Shown: piece after piece, positions 62,098 through 64,000 of the stretch
Position numbering within the stretch: position 1 is the stretch's first letter
Layout of the letters: the number at the start of each line of letters is the position of its first letter
From: Trueperaceae bacterium
GTDB taxonomy: Bacteria > Deinococcota > Deinococci > Deinococcales > Trueperaceae
Direction of reading: 5' to 3'
Assembly (NCBI GenBank): GCA_965213925.1
Contig: OZ243927.1
Location: forward strand, 1,568,001-1,632,000
Length of the DNA stretch: 64,000 bases
Notes under the pieces: generated by a model
Told to the model about the DNA's origin: nothing
What the model saw: only the letters and a program-made list of their open reading frames with translations
Databases searched by the model: none
Made by a program: the position numbers and the translations under genes

Positions 62098-62907
62098 TTA
62101 CGCCGCTTGCAGCGTGAGCGCTCCCGCAAGCTCGGGAAGCTGCTTACGCAAGAGGTAGCGCACGATGTTCAGTGCGCCCGCATCTTTGAGGCGTAAGACG
62201 AGCGAGGTGTCTTTGTCCACGCGGCTCAGATAGAGCGCTTGCTTGTCGTACTCTAAAAAGAACCCCTCTAAGGACGACGCGCCCACGTGCGAGCCCAGCG
62301 CGTTCGCGCCGGAGAGCATAAAGGCGCAGTAGCTGCCCAAAACGTCGGGTGAGACGCTGCTGTCGCCGAGCTGCACCAAGCTCTCGCCCTGGCGGGTGAC
62401 GAGCGTCGCCGCCAAGATTTCTTGCTTGTCCATAAAGGGCTGCAAGTGCGTTTCTAGGCCGCCCTGAGGCTGGGCTTGTGGCTGCGCTTGCGGAGCGGAC
62501 GCGGGCGCGCTCTCTTGAGCAGGTGCGCTCGTGCTGGTCCGAGCTGCGCCTAGCGCCGCTTCGATTTTCGGAAAGATATCGTCGGGCGTAAAAGGTTTTT
62601 TGACGACGCCGACCGCGCCCGCCTCTTGCGCTTTGCGCTCGACTTCGCCGTCGACGACGCCGGAGATGAGCATGACGGGGGTGTCGGCGTGCGTGTCACC
62701 TGTTTTGACGCTTTCGCAGAGTTCAAAACCGCTCTGACCGGGCATGATGACGTCGGCGATGATAAGGTCGGGGGAGAGGCTTTGCAGGGTCTCCAGGGCG
62801 TCTTCGGCGCTCTTAGCGGCGACCACGTCCATCTTGCGGGTCTTGAGGATGCGCTCTAACGCCTTACGTACGCTTACGCTGTCGTCAACGATTAAAATCT
62901 GGGGCAT
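62098..62907 (-). CDS. Response regulator: receiver plus Roadblock/LC7 (MglB-like) domain
   Basis: ILIVDD, IADVIMPG, KPF; C-terminal ILAATLVTRQG...LG.H.G...LE.FFLEY...LVL roadblock pattern. Confidence 0.8.
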   Translation of the reverse strand: MPQILIVDDSVSVRKALERILKTRKMDVVAAKSAEDALETLQSLSPDLIIADVIMPGQSGFELCESVKTGDTHADTPVMLISGVVDGEVERKAQEAGAVGVVKKPFTPDDIFPKIEAALGAARTSTSAPAQESAPASAPQAQPQAQPQGGLETHLQPFMDKQEILAATLVTRQGESLVQLGDSSVSPDVLGSYCAFMLSGANALGSHVGASSLEGFFLEYDKQALYLSRVDKDTSLVLRLKDAGALNIVRYLLRKQLPELAGALTLQAA

Positions 62908-62926
62908 GGTGTGACCTTTCTTTCGC

Positions 62927-63718
62927 TTATCTTCTTACGGGATGACGCGCGGCTTCGCGCTCATGGTCGAGTTCGACTGCCACTTTGAGCAGCAGTTCTT
63001 GGACGGTCGTGTAGATGGTATGGCTGTTTTTAGGTAGCGCCGCCTCGCTAGGCTCGAAGAAGAACTCGGCGTCCTTGTGTTTGTCCGCCTCTGCGAAGAT
63101 ACGTACGACTGCGTCCTCGCCTACGACGCCTTCGAACTCGGCGTGGACGAAGCGTCCCTTCTCGAAAAACATCGCTGACTCGGTGTCGCCTAAAAGCACG
63201 TAGAGCCTGCCCGAGTTCTCCTTCTGGGTGAGCGAAACGACCAGGTCGAAAAGCGTAAAAACCTCTAAAGTACCACTGACTTTCGCGTCGTTACGCTGCA
63301 AGTTCGAGCGCAGCCGGTTGCGCGGCACCTGCCGGTCTTCTCTGATGTGACCGTTGGCGATAAGTAGCTCGAAGGCGGCTTTGAGAATGTCGGCGGGGTG
63401 GGCGCGCTCCTCTAAAAATTTATCCGAGTCCGAAGAGGCGAGTTGCGTCGCGTCGGGGTCTAAAAGGATAAAGGCGACCTCTTTTGCCGACGTGTCGTCA
63501 CGCACGATCTCGTGAAAGTCGAGACCGCTCATGTCGCCTAGCTCTTTGCCGCTGATGATGAGGTCGGGCGTGTCGCGCTCTAACATAGTGAGCGCGTAGA
63601 GCGCCCCTTCCGCGTTCTCGATTTCTAACTCACCACCGAAGCGCTTGGCAAAACGCTCGTGCAGCGACCTTGCAAACGTCACGTCGGTCATCGCGGTGAG
63701 CACCTTCACCGAGCCCAC
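62927..63718 (-). CDS. Pseudo-receiver plus DUF4388 (PATAN-like) protein
   Basis: PDLIISG..LGDMSG (no phospho-Asp); SGTL..FTLFDLV..L...SGRL...G..VHAE...GEDA. Confidence 0.78.
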   Translation of the reverse strand: MGSVKVLTAMTDVTFARSLHERFAKRFGGELEIENAEGALYALTMLERDTPDLIISGKELGDMSGLDFHEIVRDDTSAKEVAFILLDPDATQLASSDSDKFLEERAHPADILKAAFELLIANGHIREDRQVPRNRLRSNLQRNDAKVSGTLEVFTLFDLVVSLTQKENSGRLYVLLGDTESAMFFEKGRFVHAEFEGVVGEDAVVRIFAEADKHKDAEFFFEPSEAALPKNSHTIYTTVQELLLKVAVELDHEREAARHPVRR

Positions 63719-64000
63719 CTGCGTACATATATAGAATTAAAGCGTGCCTTATTGGGCTTCATCACTTCATCTATCTTCCTACACGGGGTGCGCCTTAGCT
63801 GCGAAAAAGCTATCATTGCCGCGTTCAGCGCGGTGCTTACGCGTACGTGTGGGGCTTTGCACCTTAAGGGCTTGTCGTTATAAGTCGTCATAAGTTTAAG
63901 GGGTTCTATAAGAATGAGGTCGTCAAGTCTCCTTGCGCTGGGGCTGCGGTGACAGCTCGAGTCGTCACTGAAAACTTAGAAGAAGGGCTAGCCGTGCGCT

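Overview
GC-rich bacterial chromosomal segment, most consistent with Deinococcota, probably Truepera-like. This taxonomy is inferred from pervasive leaderless genes with TANNNT 5-7 nt before the start codon, bshC, gatB plus asnS, and AroH-type chorismate mutase. About 60 CDS are mostly housekeeping (xpt, fadIJ, alr, metK, gatB, asnS, smpB, ppa, tig-clpP-clpX, bshC, hisD, maf). Other content includes surface lipoproteins, two c-di-GMP enzymes, a betaine ABC SBP and permease, and a polysaccharide-modification cluster with a sulfotransferase. No rRNA, tRNA, CRISPR array or intact transposase was seen. The best candidate for an undescribed system is a three-gene operon at 31668-36574. It encodes an XPB helicase, an 86-aa protein resembling TFIIH p8/Tfb5, and a ~920-aa protein with a p52/Tfb2-like clutch and C-terminal region plus a WYL-like tail, i.e. 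a possible bacterial XPB-p8-p52 module. Other signals are SARP-type heptamer repeats upstream of three clustered genes, a heavily over-represented CTCGAG palindrome, a TIR-bounded MITE family, several REP/STRR-like repeat families, a decayed TPR-CHAT gene and candidate structured RNAs. Four genes carry small indels that look like assembly errors.
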